Shown here piece after piece: positions 25,192-39,809 of a DNA stretch of 64,000 nucleotides. The stretch is from Macrostomum lignano (Eukaryota). The notes under the pieces are model-generated. The model was not told where the DNA came from, searched no databases, and saw only the letters and a list, made by a program, of their open reading frames with translations. A program made the translations under genes and the position numbers. The stretch's first letter is position 1. Each line of letters starts with the position of its first letter. Location: assembly GCA_002269645.1 (NCBI GenBank), contig NIVC01001873.1, positions 124,001-188,000 on the forward strand, given 5' to 3'.

Positions 25192-27422
25192 GGTCTATCC
25201 GTCATTTCATGGTCTATCCGTCTCATCTCATGGTCTATCCGTCTCATCTCATGGTCTATCCGTCTCATCTCATGGTCTATCCGTCATCTCATGGTCTATC
25301 CGTCTCATCTCATGGTCTATCCGTCTCATCTCATGGTCTATCCGTCATCTCATGGTCCATCCGTCTCATCTCATGGTCTATCCGTCTCATCTCATGGTCT
25401 ATCCGTCTCATCTCATGGTCTATCCGTCTCATCTCATGGTCTATCCGTCTCATCTCATGGTCTATCCGTCATCTCATGGTCCATCCGTCATCTCATGGTC
25501 TATCCGTCATCTCATGGTCTATCCGTCATCTCATGGTCTATCCGTCTCATCTCATGGTCTATCCGTCATCTCATGGTCTATCCGTCTCATCTCATGGTCT
25601 ATCCGTCTCATCTCATGGTCTATCCGTCATCTCATGGTCTATCCGTCTCATCTCATGGTCTATCCGTCTCATCTCATGGTCTATCCGTCTCATCTCATGG
25701 TCTATCCGTCTCATCTCATGGTCTATCCGTCATCTCATGGTCTATCCGTCTCATCTCATGGTCTATCCGTCATCTCATGGTCTATCCGTCATCTCATGGT
25801 CTATCCGTCTCATCTCATGGTCTATCCGTCTCATCTCATGGTCTATCCGTCTCATCTCATGGTCTATCCGTCATCTCATGGTCTATCTCATGGTCCATCC
25901 GTCATATCATGGTCTATCCGTCTCATCTCATGGTCTATCCGTCATCTCATGGTCTATCCGTCATCTCATGGTCTATCCGTCATCTCATGGTCTATCCGTC
26001 ATCTCATGGTCTATCCGTCATCTCATGGTCTATCTCATGGTCCATCCGTCATCTCATGGTCTATCCGTCATCTCATGGTCTATCCGTCATCTCATGGTCT
26101 ATCCGTCATCTCATGGTCTATCCGTCATCTCATGGTCTATCTGTCATCTCATGGTCTATCCGTCATCTCATGGTCTATCTGTCATCTCATGGTCTATCTG
26201 TCATCTCATGGTCTATCTGTCATCTCATGGTCTATCTGTCATCTCATGGTCTATCCGTCATCTCATGGTCTATTCGTCATCTCATGGTCTATCTGTCATC
26301 TCATGGTCTATCTGTCATCTCATGGTCTATCCGTCATCTCATAGTCTATTCGTCATCTCATGGTCTATCTGTCATCTCATGGTCTATTCGTCATCTCATG
26401 GTCTATCTGTCATCTCATGGTCTATCTGTCATCTCATGGTCTATCTGTCATCTCATGGTCTATCCGTCATCTCATGGTCTATCCGTCATCTCATGGTCTT
26501 TCCGTCATCTCATGGTCTATCCGTCTCATCTCATGGTCTATCCGTCATCTCATGGTCTATCTGTCATCTCATGGTCTATCTGTCATCTCATGGTCTATCC
26601 GTCATCTCATGGTCTATTCGTCATCTCATGGTCTATCTGTCATCTCATGGTCTATTCGTCATCTCATGGTCTATCCGTCATCTCATAGTCTATTCGTCAT
26701 CTCATGGTCTATCTGTCATCTCATGGTCTATTCGTCATCTCATGGTCTATCTGTCATCTCATGGTCTATCTGTCATCTCATGGTCTATCTGTCATCTCAT
26801 GGTCTATCCGTCATCTCATGGTCTATCCGTCATCTCATGGTCTTTCCGTCATCTCATGGTCTATCCGTCTCATCTCATGGTCTATCCGTCATCTCATGGT
26901 CTATCCGTCATCTCATGGTCTATCCGTCATCTCATGGTCTATCCGTCATCTCATGGTCTATCCGTCATCTCATGGTCTATCCGTCTCATCTCATGGTCTA
27001 TCCGTCTCATCTCATGGTCTATCCGTCATCTCATGGTCTATCCGTCATCTCATGGTCTATCCGTCTCATCTCATGGTCTATCCGTCATATCATGGTCTAT
27101 CCGTCATCTCATGGTCATCCGTCATCTTGTGGTCTATCCGTCATCTCATGGTCTATCCGTCATCTCATGGTCTATCCGTCATCTCATGGTCATCCGTCAT
27201 CTTGTGGTCTATCCGTCATCTTGTGGTCTATCCGTCATCTCATGGTCTATCCGTCATCTCATGGTCTATCCGTCATCTCATGGTCATCCGTCATCTTGTG
27301 GTCTATCCGTCATCTTGTGGTCTATCCGTCATCTCATGGTCTATCCGTCATCTCATGGTCTATCCGTCATCTCATGGTCTATCCGTCATCTCATGGTCTA
27401 TCCGTCATCTCATGGTCTATCA
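25190..27422. repeat. 19-bp minisatellite with 22-bp variants (atggtctatccgtcatctc), about 2.2 kb
   Basis: Directly visible; abuts the GPCR ATG. Confidence 0.97.
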
Positions 27423-27475
27423 GCCGTCTTATAGTCAGGGTTATAAATGAGCGCACCTACAGGAGATTGGCAAAC

Positions 27476-29023
27476 CTTAGAAACGGCCTTGGCTCTCAGA
27501 ATGGCAGGTACCCTATTCGAATACTGCTGAAACGCTGAGTACTCCCTCCAGATTTCCAGCCTCAAGCTGCGCCACAGAGTGTCGAGCTCCGAGAAGGCGG
27601 TGGCTCTCTTTGAGCGAACCGTTTTGCACGCGTCCAGCAGCTGCTGCAGCTCTGCCATCTCCCGTGGTTCGAGGTGCAACTCCACGCTCTTGTCGACATC
27701 CTCGCGAATCACTCGACAGTAGAAGTCGTTCAGTGCGGCCGTCTGGAACTCCGTCAGGTGAGCAAATCTGGCGTCCGCCTGTTTCTGCAGACTGCGCAGG
27801 TACAGCAGCACGTGACCCAGCACCTGCCTACTGACCCAGGCCGCTGCTTCCGTCACGTTTGATTGGGAAAAATTCCCAACTGGAATTGGGGGAGGCGAAG
27901 CTCTGGCGTGTCATTCAGAATGCATTCGGGTATTTCATTATCTAAAACTTTAAGCAAAGATCTATTTATACATCATTACAGATCTATAGATACACCATGC
28001 AGATCTATAGATACACCATTACAGATCTATAGATATGCCTATATAGATCTATATTGATGCCATTGCTGATCTATTGAGATTCTATTACAGAACTATAGGC
28101 ATGCCATTGCTGATCTATAGATATGCAATTACAGATTAGTTCACAAGCCATAAAAAATCTACTGGTTCGGCCGATGATCCACTGGTATTAAAAAACAGAA
28201 GCTCTCAAACTCCAGCGCGCTCACCGGAAGTTCGGCATTCCAACGGCGTGCCAGTTCCGGTCTTGGCCGCCATTCTGGGCATCCGATCCCAAGCCAACTT
28301 AGAAAGTTCCGTATAGTTGGTTACTATGGCAACCAAACTGTCCGGATTTGGCCGGCTCGGCCAGGCGTGCAGAATGGCGTCAGTTTGGCCCACGGTGGCC
28401 GCCACAATCCGCCTTGCGGAGTCCAGCAGCCTCCGAGCTGCATCGGCCAACTCGCGCCAAGTTCCGCTGCTGCACCCGGCGCCAGCCAATCCGGTTAGCA
28501 ACCGGTATCTACCACCGGTAGTTGACAGGTAACCTGGATATCCGGTAGCCTGCTGGCCGGCAGAATCTCGCTTGGCCATGAATTCAAGAAACTCGTCCAC
28601 CACCGGTTGAAGCTGAGGATGGCGGTGCAGCAGCTCGGCCCGGAGCCGCGGTCGGACGGTCAGGTGTCGATAGACCCGGTGGTAGAGCTCCAGGTCCTCC
28701 AGGTAGGCCACCAGGTTGTCCAGGGCCTCCTCCCAGTTCCAGCGGCTGTAGTAGGACGAACCGTCGTACTGGAAGGTGCCACCGAACCTGGCCACGAGGC
28801 GCCAGTTGTTGGCGAAGAACTGCAGAAATCCGCTGTACTTCACCGAGGCGAAGGCCCACTCGTGGCGTCGGTATTGAAAATTCAGCGCGACAACTTGGTA
28901 GGCTTCTAGGAGAATGCTCTGGTTGCTGCTTGGCGTTGCTGACGGCGGGGCAGCAGTGCCGTTGCCCGGCTGACCCAGAGCTCCCGGCAGCATCAGCAGG
29001 GCTAATAACAGCGGTCCAGGCAT
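27476..29023 (-). CDS. Signal-peptide-bearing protein of unknown family, two exons; possibly the ectodomain of the downstream GPCR
   Basis: Exon 1 (28225-29023) starts MPGPLLLALLMLPGALG with donor G|gtgagc. Exon 2 starts at 27879 (acceptor ttccag|), is in frame (VGNFSQSNVTEAAAWVSRQ...) and has phase-0 donors at 27512 or 27476. Several N-x-S/T sequons; no recognised domain. Confidence 0.75.
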
Positions 29024-29849
29024 GCTGAGCAGTCAGCTGTCAAAGTCCGCTAAGTAAGATGGCGGAGGCTGAGCCCAGCACTCAGCTCCGTTTGCTTTTA
29101 TCTTGTCCTCTTTTCTGAGGAAGGCCAACTCACCTCCCAGCCGCTCAGCGAATCCTCACAATCCCCATCCCATCCTGCATGGCAGTTCGTCCCTCAGCCG
29201 CCATGGATTACTAACCCCAGGTGTCCGGAGAGAAGTTTCCTCATTTTGCTAGAAGCGAAATAAATAATTCAGAAAGTTGAAAGTCAATAAACTGAGCACC
29301 CGAGAGTCCAGATATTTCACCTTTCCTGTTGAACTAAGTCGCCAATAGTCTGCCCGATCCACCTTCAAAACTATTGCGGAGTGTTCACTTTTTTTTGATC
29401 CGTTTTCAACCTCTCCAGACTTCTCCAGCACTCCATGGCTCGCGGGTCGCTTCCTCATCTTCCCCCAATCGTCCCCTCTCAGATGGCCCCCTAATGTGAG
29501 CAGTTCCTCCGACCGTCTCCGCAGCTTCTTTTCAGGCTGCTGCTTTTGCTTTTGCTCTTCCCTTCAGTTTCTTTTTCTGTTTGCAGCCGCCCAGCCAGCC
29601 CAGGAGGCGCCGCCCTCCAGCCTCTGAGACTGCATCACAAGAGGAGAAGCCAAAGTCAGGGCTGGGTGTGGAATCTTCAGCTTGGTTGCCTGATGATGGG
29701 GGGATGCTGGGGCGTCCTTTAATTGCCGTTCTTATTTATTTGCCTGTCCGCTTTCTTCAGACCGGCTTTCTGGCCGGATTTGGGCGTTGTTTGGAAATTT
29801 CTGACTGCTGAATACTGGAGTAAGGCCGGCTGGGACAGAAATATATAAA

Positions 29850-31585
29850 GACAGACACTAAGACAGGCACTAGGACAGACACTAAGACAGGCACTAGGAC
29901 AGACACTAAGACAGGCACCAAGACAGACACTAAGACAGGCACTAGGACAGACACTAGGACAGACACTAAGACAGACACTAAGACAGACACTAGGACAGAC
30001 ACTAAGACAGGCACTAGGACAGACACTAAGACAGACACTAAGACAGGCACCAAGACAGGCACTAAGACAGGCACTAGGACAGACACTAGGACAGGTACTA
30101 AGACAGGCACTAAGACAGGCACTAAGACAGGCACTAAGACAGGCACTAAGACAGGCACTAGGACAGGCACTAAGACAGGCACTAGGACAGACACTAAGAC
30201 AGGCACTAGGACAGACACTAAGACAGACACTAAGACAGACACTAGGACAGGCACTAAGACAGGCACTAGGACATGCACTAAGACAGACACTAGGACAGGC
30301 ACTAAGACAGACACTAGGACAGGCACTAAGACAGACACTAGGACACACACTAGGACAGGCACTAAGACAGGCACTAAGACAGGCACTAAGACAGGCACTA
30401 AGACAGGCACTAAGACAGGCACTAAGACAGGCACTAAGACAGGCACTAAGACAGGCACTAAGACAGGCACTAAGACAGGCACTAAGACAGGCACTAAGAC
30501 AGGCACTAAGACAGGCACTAAGACAGGCACTAAGACAGGCACTAAGACAGGCACTAAGACAGGCACTAAGACAGGCACTAAGACAGGCACTAAGACAGGC
30601 ACTAAGACAGGCACTAAGACAGGCACTAAGACAGGCACTAAGACAGGCACTAAGACAGGCACTAAGACAGACACTAAGACAGGCACCAAGACAGGCACTA
30701 AGACAGGCACTAAGACAGACACTAGGACACCCACTAGGACAGGCACTAAGACAGACACTAGGACAGGCACTAGGACAGGCACTAAGACAGGCACTAAGAC
30801 AGACACTAGGACAGACACTAGGACACACACTAGGACAGACACTAGGACACACACTAGGACAGACACTAGGACACACACTAGGACAGGCACTAAGACAGAC
30901 ACTAGGACAGGCACTAAGACAGACACTAAGACAGGCACTAGGACACACACTAAGACAGACACTAAGACAGACACTAGGACACACACTAGGACAGGCACTA
31001 AGACAGACACTAAGACAGACACTAGGACAGGCACTAAGACAGACACTAGGACAGACACTAAGACACACACTAGGACACACACTAGGACACACACTAGGAC
31101 ACACACTAAGACACACACTAGGACAGGCACTAAGACAGGCACTAAGACAGGCACTAAGACAGGCACTAAGACAGGCACTAAGACAGGCACTAAGACAGGC
31201 ACTAAGACATGCACTAAGACAGGCACTAAGACAGGCACTAAGACAGGCACTAAGACAGGCACTAAGACAGGCACTAAGACAGGCACTAAGACAGGCACTA
31301 AGACAGGCACTAAGACAGGCACTAAGACAGGCACTAAGACAGGCACTAAGACAGACACTAAGACAGACACTAGGACAGGCACTAAGACAGACACTAGGAC
31401 AGACACTAAGACACACACTAGGACACACACTAGGACACACACTAGGACACACACTAAGACACACACTAAGACAGGCACTAAGACAGGCACTAATACAGGC
31501 ACTAAGACAGACACTAGGACACACACTAGGACAGGCACTAAGACAGACACTAGGACAGACACTAGGACAGGCACTAGGACAGACA
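29850..31585. repeat. 12-bp minisatellite (actaagacaggc)
   Basis: Directly visible. Confidence 0.97.
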
Positions 31586-32299
31586 CATTGGAGACAACTG
31601 GAATGCAATAGAGATCATACCAAGTGCTTGATTCAGCCATTCAGTCATTAATTCAAGAAGATGTACTTTTCAGAAATCAAAAGTCGCACTGCGCCGCCAT
31701 CAGGAATGCCAGGCTCAGCGGGAGTGCAAGCCTCGCCCTCAGCAAAGTCGCCAAGCTGATTAATCCAATGTCCGATTACAAAAAAGGCGGATCAGAACGT
31801 AGGAGGGCATTGGGGAATCGGGGAGAGAATTATCCCCATTCGCACAAGGGCCACGCCCTGAGCGCGGATTTGCTTTGCTCTGCCCCCGCTCATCCTGCAT
31901 CCGGAGATGCGAACGGTTCTCGTCCAGTTGACAGCCTGTGCTGCAGTGCTTCCCCGCTAGTGCGGCGGGATCTGCCCCAGGATTCCTTTCTCTGCCGTTT
32001 CTTGTCTACTAGTGGAAGCCAGTAAAAGAATCTGACCCAGTTTCCAGTGCCAGTTACCAGTAAAGACAGCCAAGATTGAAATTCTCCCAACCATGAATTC
32101 GCCGCGTGAAAAATGCAATCCTTCACTGTGGGGTGCAATTAATCCTTTGCGATCATTCGCCTTCGAACACCTGCCTTCCAGCCGCTGTGCTTCTGCGCTC
32201 CGTGCCGCTCTGCCTTTTTGCATCCATACTTGCCATCTGCAGCCGCTTCTGCTTCATCCAATTACTAATTCTTTAATTAACTTCCCGTTTCCCTACTCC

Positions 32300-32575
32300 C
32301 TGTGCCCTACTCCCTTACTCCCCTCTCCCTACTCCCCTCTCCCTACTCCCCTCTTCCTACTCCCCTCTTCCTACTCCCCTCTTCCTACTCCCTACTCCCT
32401 ACTCCCCTCTCCCTACTCCACTCTCCCTACTCCCCTCTCCCTACTCCACTCTCCCTACTCCACTCTCCCTACTCCCCTCTCCCTACTCCTCTCTTCCTAC
32501 TCCTTACTCCCTACTCCTTACTCCCTACTCCCCACACCCTACTCCTTGATTCCTACTCCCTACTCCCTATTCCCA
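32300..32575. repeat. CT-rich degenerate repeat (ccctactc)
   Basis: Directly visible. Confidence 0.9.
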
Positions 32576-33029
32576 AATATCTATACTGCCTACTCTCACA
32601 AATCGAACAGGAAAATTGTTTGAGAGCGGCAGCACAAGCCATCAGTCAGGACTGCGGTACCACGCAATATTTTAAGCCCTTTAAAAGCAATTATACAGAC
32701 AGACGGCAACACAACAGCTTCCATCCACGTCAGTCTTTTAGAAACTCTTGAGTTAAATTCCTCCACAACTCCGCTTCATTGATTTTTTTAACAATGAGTT
32801 TTTTTACCGTAGCCTCAAGCTCACTGCCTTCACACCTCAGCGGACCAATAAACAAATGAGGTGCAATTGCTGTTGGCTGGCCGTCAGCTGAGTTCTGAGA
32901 CTGTCGCTGACTCAGTTCTAACTTTTGGGGGGACAAAGAGAGAGGGGAGATGTAATGCAGGTGACTCCAGCAACCCTTCGAGTGACCTTTCCAGCTCAGA
33001 AAACTTAGAGCAATTTAGATTGTTAGGTG

Positions 33030-33250
33030 TGCCATTTGTCAGTGTCAGGTGGGCCCTTTGTCAGTGTCAGGTGTGCCCTTTGTCAGTGTCAGGTGTGCCC
33101 TTTGTCAGTGTCAGGTGTGTCATTTGTCAGTGTCAGGCGTGTCATTTGTCAGAGTCAGGTGTGCCCTTTGTCAGTGTCAGGTGCGCCCTTTGTCAGTGTC
33201 AGGTGTGTCATTTGTCAGTGTCAGGCGTGTCATTTGTCAGTGTCAGGAAT
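33030..33250. repeat. About 22-bp minisatellite (tttgtcagtgtcaggtgtgccc)
   Basis: Directly visible. Confidence 0.9.
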
Positions 33251-33727
33251 GCCACTGCGAGTTGTCAGGTTCGCCCCCTCCCAATTAAAAAGCCAGAGCT
33301 GAGTTGTGCTCAAGCCTGAGTGCTCAGAATTAACCAGCCGGGGAGCTCAGCTGCAACTTAATACCCTCTCAGTTGCAATTCAGCACAGAAGAGGTGTTGG
33401 ATTTTCTGTTGCTTGCAACCTCAAAGCTTCAGACAGCACAAAGGAACTGACACTGACTACAAAAGGGGATTGGCGTCCCAATTTTCCTTGTTTGCTTGAT
33501 GGGGTCACAGCTGGGTGCCAAGCATTGATGCAGTGAGTCAGTCCGGCTCTCGGCTGGATCGCACCTGCACCTCATCCCGTGTCCCAATTGTTAACAGCTG
33601 GGAGATCGTTTTCCTGGGATGAATTTTTAGGGGATGCAATTTGTGTCAGAAATGTCTATCTTTCAGTGTCTCAGGACTCTAGGAAAATTATTTCTGATTT
33701 CCTATTCAAAGCAGCTATACTCGTAGA

Positions 33728-34650
33728 ATGATTTCCGATTCGAAGCAATTACAGAATGATTCTAGGAAATTGATTTCCGATTCAAACCAACTACAGAATG
33801 ATTCTAGGAAAATGATTTCCGATTCACAGCAACTGCAGAATGATTCTAGGACAATGAGTTCCGATTCAAACCAACTACAGAATGATTCTAGGAAAATGAT
33901 TTCCGATTCACAGCAACTGCAGAATGATTCTGGGAAAATGATTTCCGATTCACAGCAACTGCAGAATGATTCTAGGAAAATGAGTTCCGATTCAAACCAA
34001 CTACAGAATGATTCTAGGAAAATGAGTTCCGATTCGAAGCAATTACAGAATGATTCTAGGACAATGAGTTCCGATTCAAACCAACTACAGAATGATTCTA
34101 GGAAAATGATTTCCGATTCACAGCAACTGCAGAATGATTCTGGGAAAATGATTTCCGATTCACAGCAACTGTAGAATGATTCTGGGAAAATGATTTCCGA
34201 TTCACAGCAACTGCAGAATGATTCTAGGAAAATGAGTTCCGATTCAAACCAACTACAGAATGATTCTAGGAAAATGAGTTCCGATTCAAAGCAACTGCAG
34301 AATGATTCTAGGAAAATGATTTCCGATTCAAAGCAACTGCAGAATGATTCTAGGAAAATGAGTTCCGATTCAAAGCAACTGCAGAATGATTCTTGGAAAA
34401 TGAGTTCCGATTCGAAGCAACTACAGAATGATTCTAGGAAAATGAGTTCCGATTCAAACCAACTACAGAATGATTCTAGGAAAATGAGTTCCGATTCAAA
34501 GCAACTACAGAATGATTCTAGGAAAATGAGTTCCGATTCAAAGCAACTACAGAATGATTCTAGGAAAATGAGTTCCGATTCAAAGCAACTGCAGAATGAT
34601 TCTTGGAAAATGAGTTCCGATTCGAAGCAACTACCGAACGATTCTTGGAA
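33728..34650. repeat. 42-bp minisatellite (14-codon unit MISDSQQLQNDSRK on the + strand)
   Basis: About 22 copies; one in-frame TAG at 34172-34174. Confidence 0.95.
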
Positions 34651-35439
34651 AATGACTAACGAGCTACTTCAGCACTACATTAAGATTAATCACTAATGAA
34701 TAAAGATATGACGTCAGGAAGTTCAGTAACATATGTAATGCTAATACAGCCATATGCATATTCAGAACACTCAAGCATAGGCTATAACAAGGCTGCTTTT
34801 CCGGAGGGGGTGGCCGGGTTCTCAAGCATAGACTTTATCATCAAAGGCGTTAATCCGCGCCCCGAAGAGCCTCAGGCTCCACGGATAATTGCCCACCCCC
34901 GAGTCGGCACCTGCTAGCAGACACCTCAGCCGTATTAATTATCCTCAGCCGCTTACTTCCGCTGCAAACGGCGGCTTACCTTATATTTACGCAACTGGCG
35001 TTCAGCTAATTACTGGTGTGCAGCCTGGAGCAGCGGATTATGCTTATCGACACTCGCCCCCCCTCTCGAAGCACCTCCCGCAGCCGGCTCACAGCTCTAG
35101 AATAGGCGTGTCGGCCCCGACGCGGGTGTCCACTTATAGTTGCGTAAATAATTAAGCAAATTGCATTAGGCCTTGAGCTCAGCGTATTGAGTAACTCAGG
35201 GGGGAGCGTTAAAGTGACCCCGCGGGCGTCTGCATGTGTTTGCGAAAAAAATTGTCTAAAGAAACGTCTGCCTGCTATTGCCGTTTGCAGGCTCTGGCAT
35301 GGAGTACTAGAAGTAGCATCTGGACTGGAAGCTGACCTGAATGAGCCATTGAGTAGTTGTGACGGCTCGAAGTACCTCCTGAGTTCGATTCCGAGCGTGA
35401 CCACGCTCAGAAGTAAGCAGAATGGGCAATGGCTGATGA

Positions 35440-36150
<711 letters not shown>

Positions 36151-36649
36151 TTCTGTAGTCTAGCCGTATAAGTCTCGATCTCCATGACTCCAACAGGCCG
36201 ATCCCATTTCCCTGCAGCTGGGCTGACAGATTGCAAGAATTTCTTCCCCTCGAATTACGTAACGCGCCTCAGAAATCAACGGAGTGGAAATTTTTTTCGC
36301 CGCCCGAAGTCTGTCGGTAAACTCGGCGGCGGGTCTGTGCGAAAAAAAAGAAATTGTTCTTGCTTCGAGTTAATTCAAAACTAGACTAGGAGCGCCGGGC
36401 GACAGCAAGTGAGTGAGTGACATTTCGTGTATTCATTGAGCAGCTGCCCCGGAATCATGAAGCGCTGCGGTTTTATCGCTGGCTGAGTGAGAAATGCATC
36501 ATTTCTCAGCCTGCTTTGTTTCGCTTGAGCTCATTCTGCGTCACTGAGGCTCTCCATCCTGTCTGCCTCTCTCTTTATCTCCTCATTTACCAACTCCCTC
36601 AACTGCCTCACTGACTCTGAGCTCTGCTCGTCTCTTGCGATTCTCGTCC

Positions 36650-37680
36650 TCCCTCCCTCTCATGCTCATCTCCCCTCTCTTCTCGCTCTACTCTTCCCTC
36701 TCTTCCTCTCTCTCCCTCTCTCTCTCCCTCGCTACATTTCTCCCTCTCTCTCTCCCTCTCTCCCTCTCTCTCTCCCTCTCTACATTTCTCCCTCTCTCCC
36801 TCCCTCTCTCCCTCTCTCTCTCCCTCTCTACATTTCTCCCTCTCTCTCCCTCTCTCCCTTTCTCTCTCTCTCTCCCTCTCTCCCTCTCTCCCTCTCTCTC
36901 TTTCTCCCTCTCTCCCTTTCTCTCTTTCTCCCTCTCTCCCTCTCTCTCTCTCTCCCCCTCTCTCCCTCTCTCTCCCTCCCTCTCTTGCTCATCTCCCCTC
37001 TCTTCTCGCTCTACTCTTTCCTCTCTCTCCCTCTCTCTCCTTCTCTACCTTTCTCCCTCTCTCTCTCCCTCCCTCTCTTGCTCATCTCCCCTCTCTTGTC
37101 GCTCTACTCTTCCCTCTCTCCATCTCTCCCTCCCTCGCTACATTTCTCCCTCTCTCTCTCCCTCTCTCCCTCTCTCTCTCCCTCTCTACATTTCTCCCTC
37201 TCTCCCTCCCTCTCTCCCTCTCTCTCTCCCTCTCTACATTTCTCCCTCTCTCTCCCTCTCTCCCCCTCTCTCTCTCTCCCTCTCTCCCTCTCTCCCTCTC
37301 TCCCTCTCCCCCTCTCTCCCTCTCTCTCTCCCTCTCTACATTTCTCCCTCTCTCCCTCCCTCTCTCCCTCTCTCTCTCCCTCTCTACATTTCTCCCTCTC
37401 TCTCCCTCTCTCTCTCTCTCTCTCCCTCTCTCCCTCTCTCCCTCTCTCTCTTTCTCCCTCTCTCCCTTTCTCTCTCTCTCCCTCTCTCCCTCTCTCCCTC
37501 TCCCCCTCTCTCCCTCTCTCTCCCTCCCTCTCTTGCTCATCTCCCCTCTCTTCTCGCTCTACTCTTTCCTCTCTCTCCCTCTCTCTCCTTCTCTACCTTT
37601 CTCCCTCTCTCTCTCCCTCCCTCTCTTGCTCATCTCCCCTCTCTTGTCGCTCTACTCTTCCCTCTCTCCATCTCTCCCTC

Positions 37681-37716
<36 letters not shown>

Positions 37717-37790
37717 TCTCCCTCTCTCTCTCCCTCTCTCCCTCTCTCCCTCCCTCAATCTCTCCCTCTCTCCCTCCCTCTCCACTTCAC
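36650..37790. repeat. CT-rich low-complexity tract with internal duplications
   Basis: Directly visible. Confidence 0.93.
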
Positions 37791-38959
37791 CAGGTTCCTT
37801 CGAACACCTCGAAGGAAAAAGTGCCTACCGAAACTGTGCATATTTCTTAATCCTGAGTTCAGCCAACTCCTCAAAGCTTCAGACGTTTCAGCCTCTCCTT
37901 AGCAAAGTACATTCCGTCATTTCAAATTTTCTTACTTTTTTCTCAATCTATTCTGCGATACGCCTCAATTGTCCGGCCCACAACTGTCAGTCTGTCTGTC
38001 TGTCCAGCACATTCTAAATTCAGTCTTCCAAGAACTGCCCCACGGCAACAAACTGCTTGTCAGAAACTCTTCAGTTCCGCCTTATCTCAGTTTGAAATCC
38101 CGGCCCATGAGCTGGCAACACCCATGGTTGGCCCACCGTGATTGATCCATCTCATCTCTCTCGCTGTGACTGGGCGTGACCAAGGATTCCTCTAGTTTGA
38201 AATCTGGACTGGCAGCGGAACCTTTCTCGGACTTGGTTTTCAGGGACTACTAAAACTTTTTGGAATGGAAGCTGAACCTTTGATTGTTCAGGGACGCCTA
38301 AAACCACTCTGGATTGGAAGCTGAGCTACTATTTAATAAGGACTCCCAAAACTTCTCTGGACTGTAAATGAGAATCGAAAATTAGTTTACTTAGAAAAAT
38401 GCAGAAATCAAATTTGAGTCTGCATCTGCAGTCTATTTTGGATCATTTTAATTAAAATTCCAACAAGTTCTAGAAAGATGGCTTTATTGCCTCCAGTCCA
38501 GACATTCTAATCAAGTCGTCCATGACGCGGAAAATAATGGGTGGGGATTTTTCACACAGTTCCCCGGCATTTGTCCATCAGCTCGTGAAGGGGGCGGCGC
38601 GGGGCGCGGCAAGCAATCGGAATTGATGGATTGCATTGTGGAGTGCCTCGACCGCTTATATTATTAAGCACTCCCTGAACTTCTGCCTCTGCAGCTCCTG
38701 TACCCATCCAGAGGTGACCCCCAGATCCCACATTCCCCAGCCAAGTTTCAATAATATGGGCTAATGGCATTTTTATTCATAGGCAACCCCATTGAGAGCA
38801 ATGACTGGCGGATATTGGCATCACCAGATAGTTATTGACTTTCGCTAAAGTTGCTGGGGTACTTCTCAGTCACTTTTCATCTGGGAGCTGAGTCTGACTA
38901 ATGCTCTGATCACTTTTTTATGTCAGCTCAGCTTTCAGTATCTACTGATTATCGGTCAT

Positions 38960-39350
38960 TTCAGGGTGCAGTTCAGGGTTCAGTTCAGGGTTCAATTAAG
39001 GGTGCAATTCAGGGTGCAGTTCAGTGTAGAGTTCAGGGTGCAGTTCAGTGTAGAGTTCAGGGTGCAGTTCAGGGTGCAGTTCAGGGTGCAGTTTAGGGTG
39101 CAGTTCAGGGTGCAGTTCAGGGTTCAGTTAAGGGTACAGTTCAGTGTAGAGTTCAGAATGCAGTTCAGGGTGCAGTTAAGGGTACAGTTCAGTGTAGAGT
39201 TCAGAATGCAGTTCAGGGTGCAGTTAAGGGTGCAGTTCAGGGTGCAGTTCAGGGTGCAGTTCAGGGTGCAGTTCAGGGTGCAGTTCATGGTGCAGTTCAG
39301 GGTGCAGTTCAGGGTGCAGTTCAGGGTGCAGTTCAGGGTGCAGTTCAGAT
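38960..39350. repeat. 12-bp minisatellite (agggtgcagttc)
   Basis: Directly visible. Confidence 0.95.
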
Positions 39351-39809
39351 GACAAAAGAAGTCAATTAATAAATTCAAAATCAATTAAAGTTAAGTGGTC
39401 GGTATATTTCTATTTCGCTTTAAGCCTTTCGGTGAGTTCACATATGATTCTCATAATTCAACTTTGTTTGTGAAACACGAACTGTTGAGAGCTTGAGGAG
39501 CAGTTTATTAAAGCCAGATCTAGACTTTAAAAGCATAGTGACAGTTTGATCCGAACTAAATCTCAATTTAACAGTTGCGTACTGTCGCCGCCCAGACAGC
39601 CCATTCGTGAGCCATTAGTTAATGCCAATAATACGCTAGTAACATAAATTGTCCAAAAAGAAGCTCCCAGAAGAATGTCCAGTGAATTCAGACAACATGA
39701 TGAACTAAATAGAGATTAGCGAAAAAATTGATACTAAACCACTAAAACTAAAAAGTATCAAGCATTAAAAGCACAAAAATATAACTTTCTTAAAACTAAT
39801 TTGACCTAA

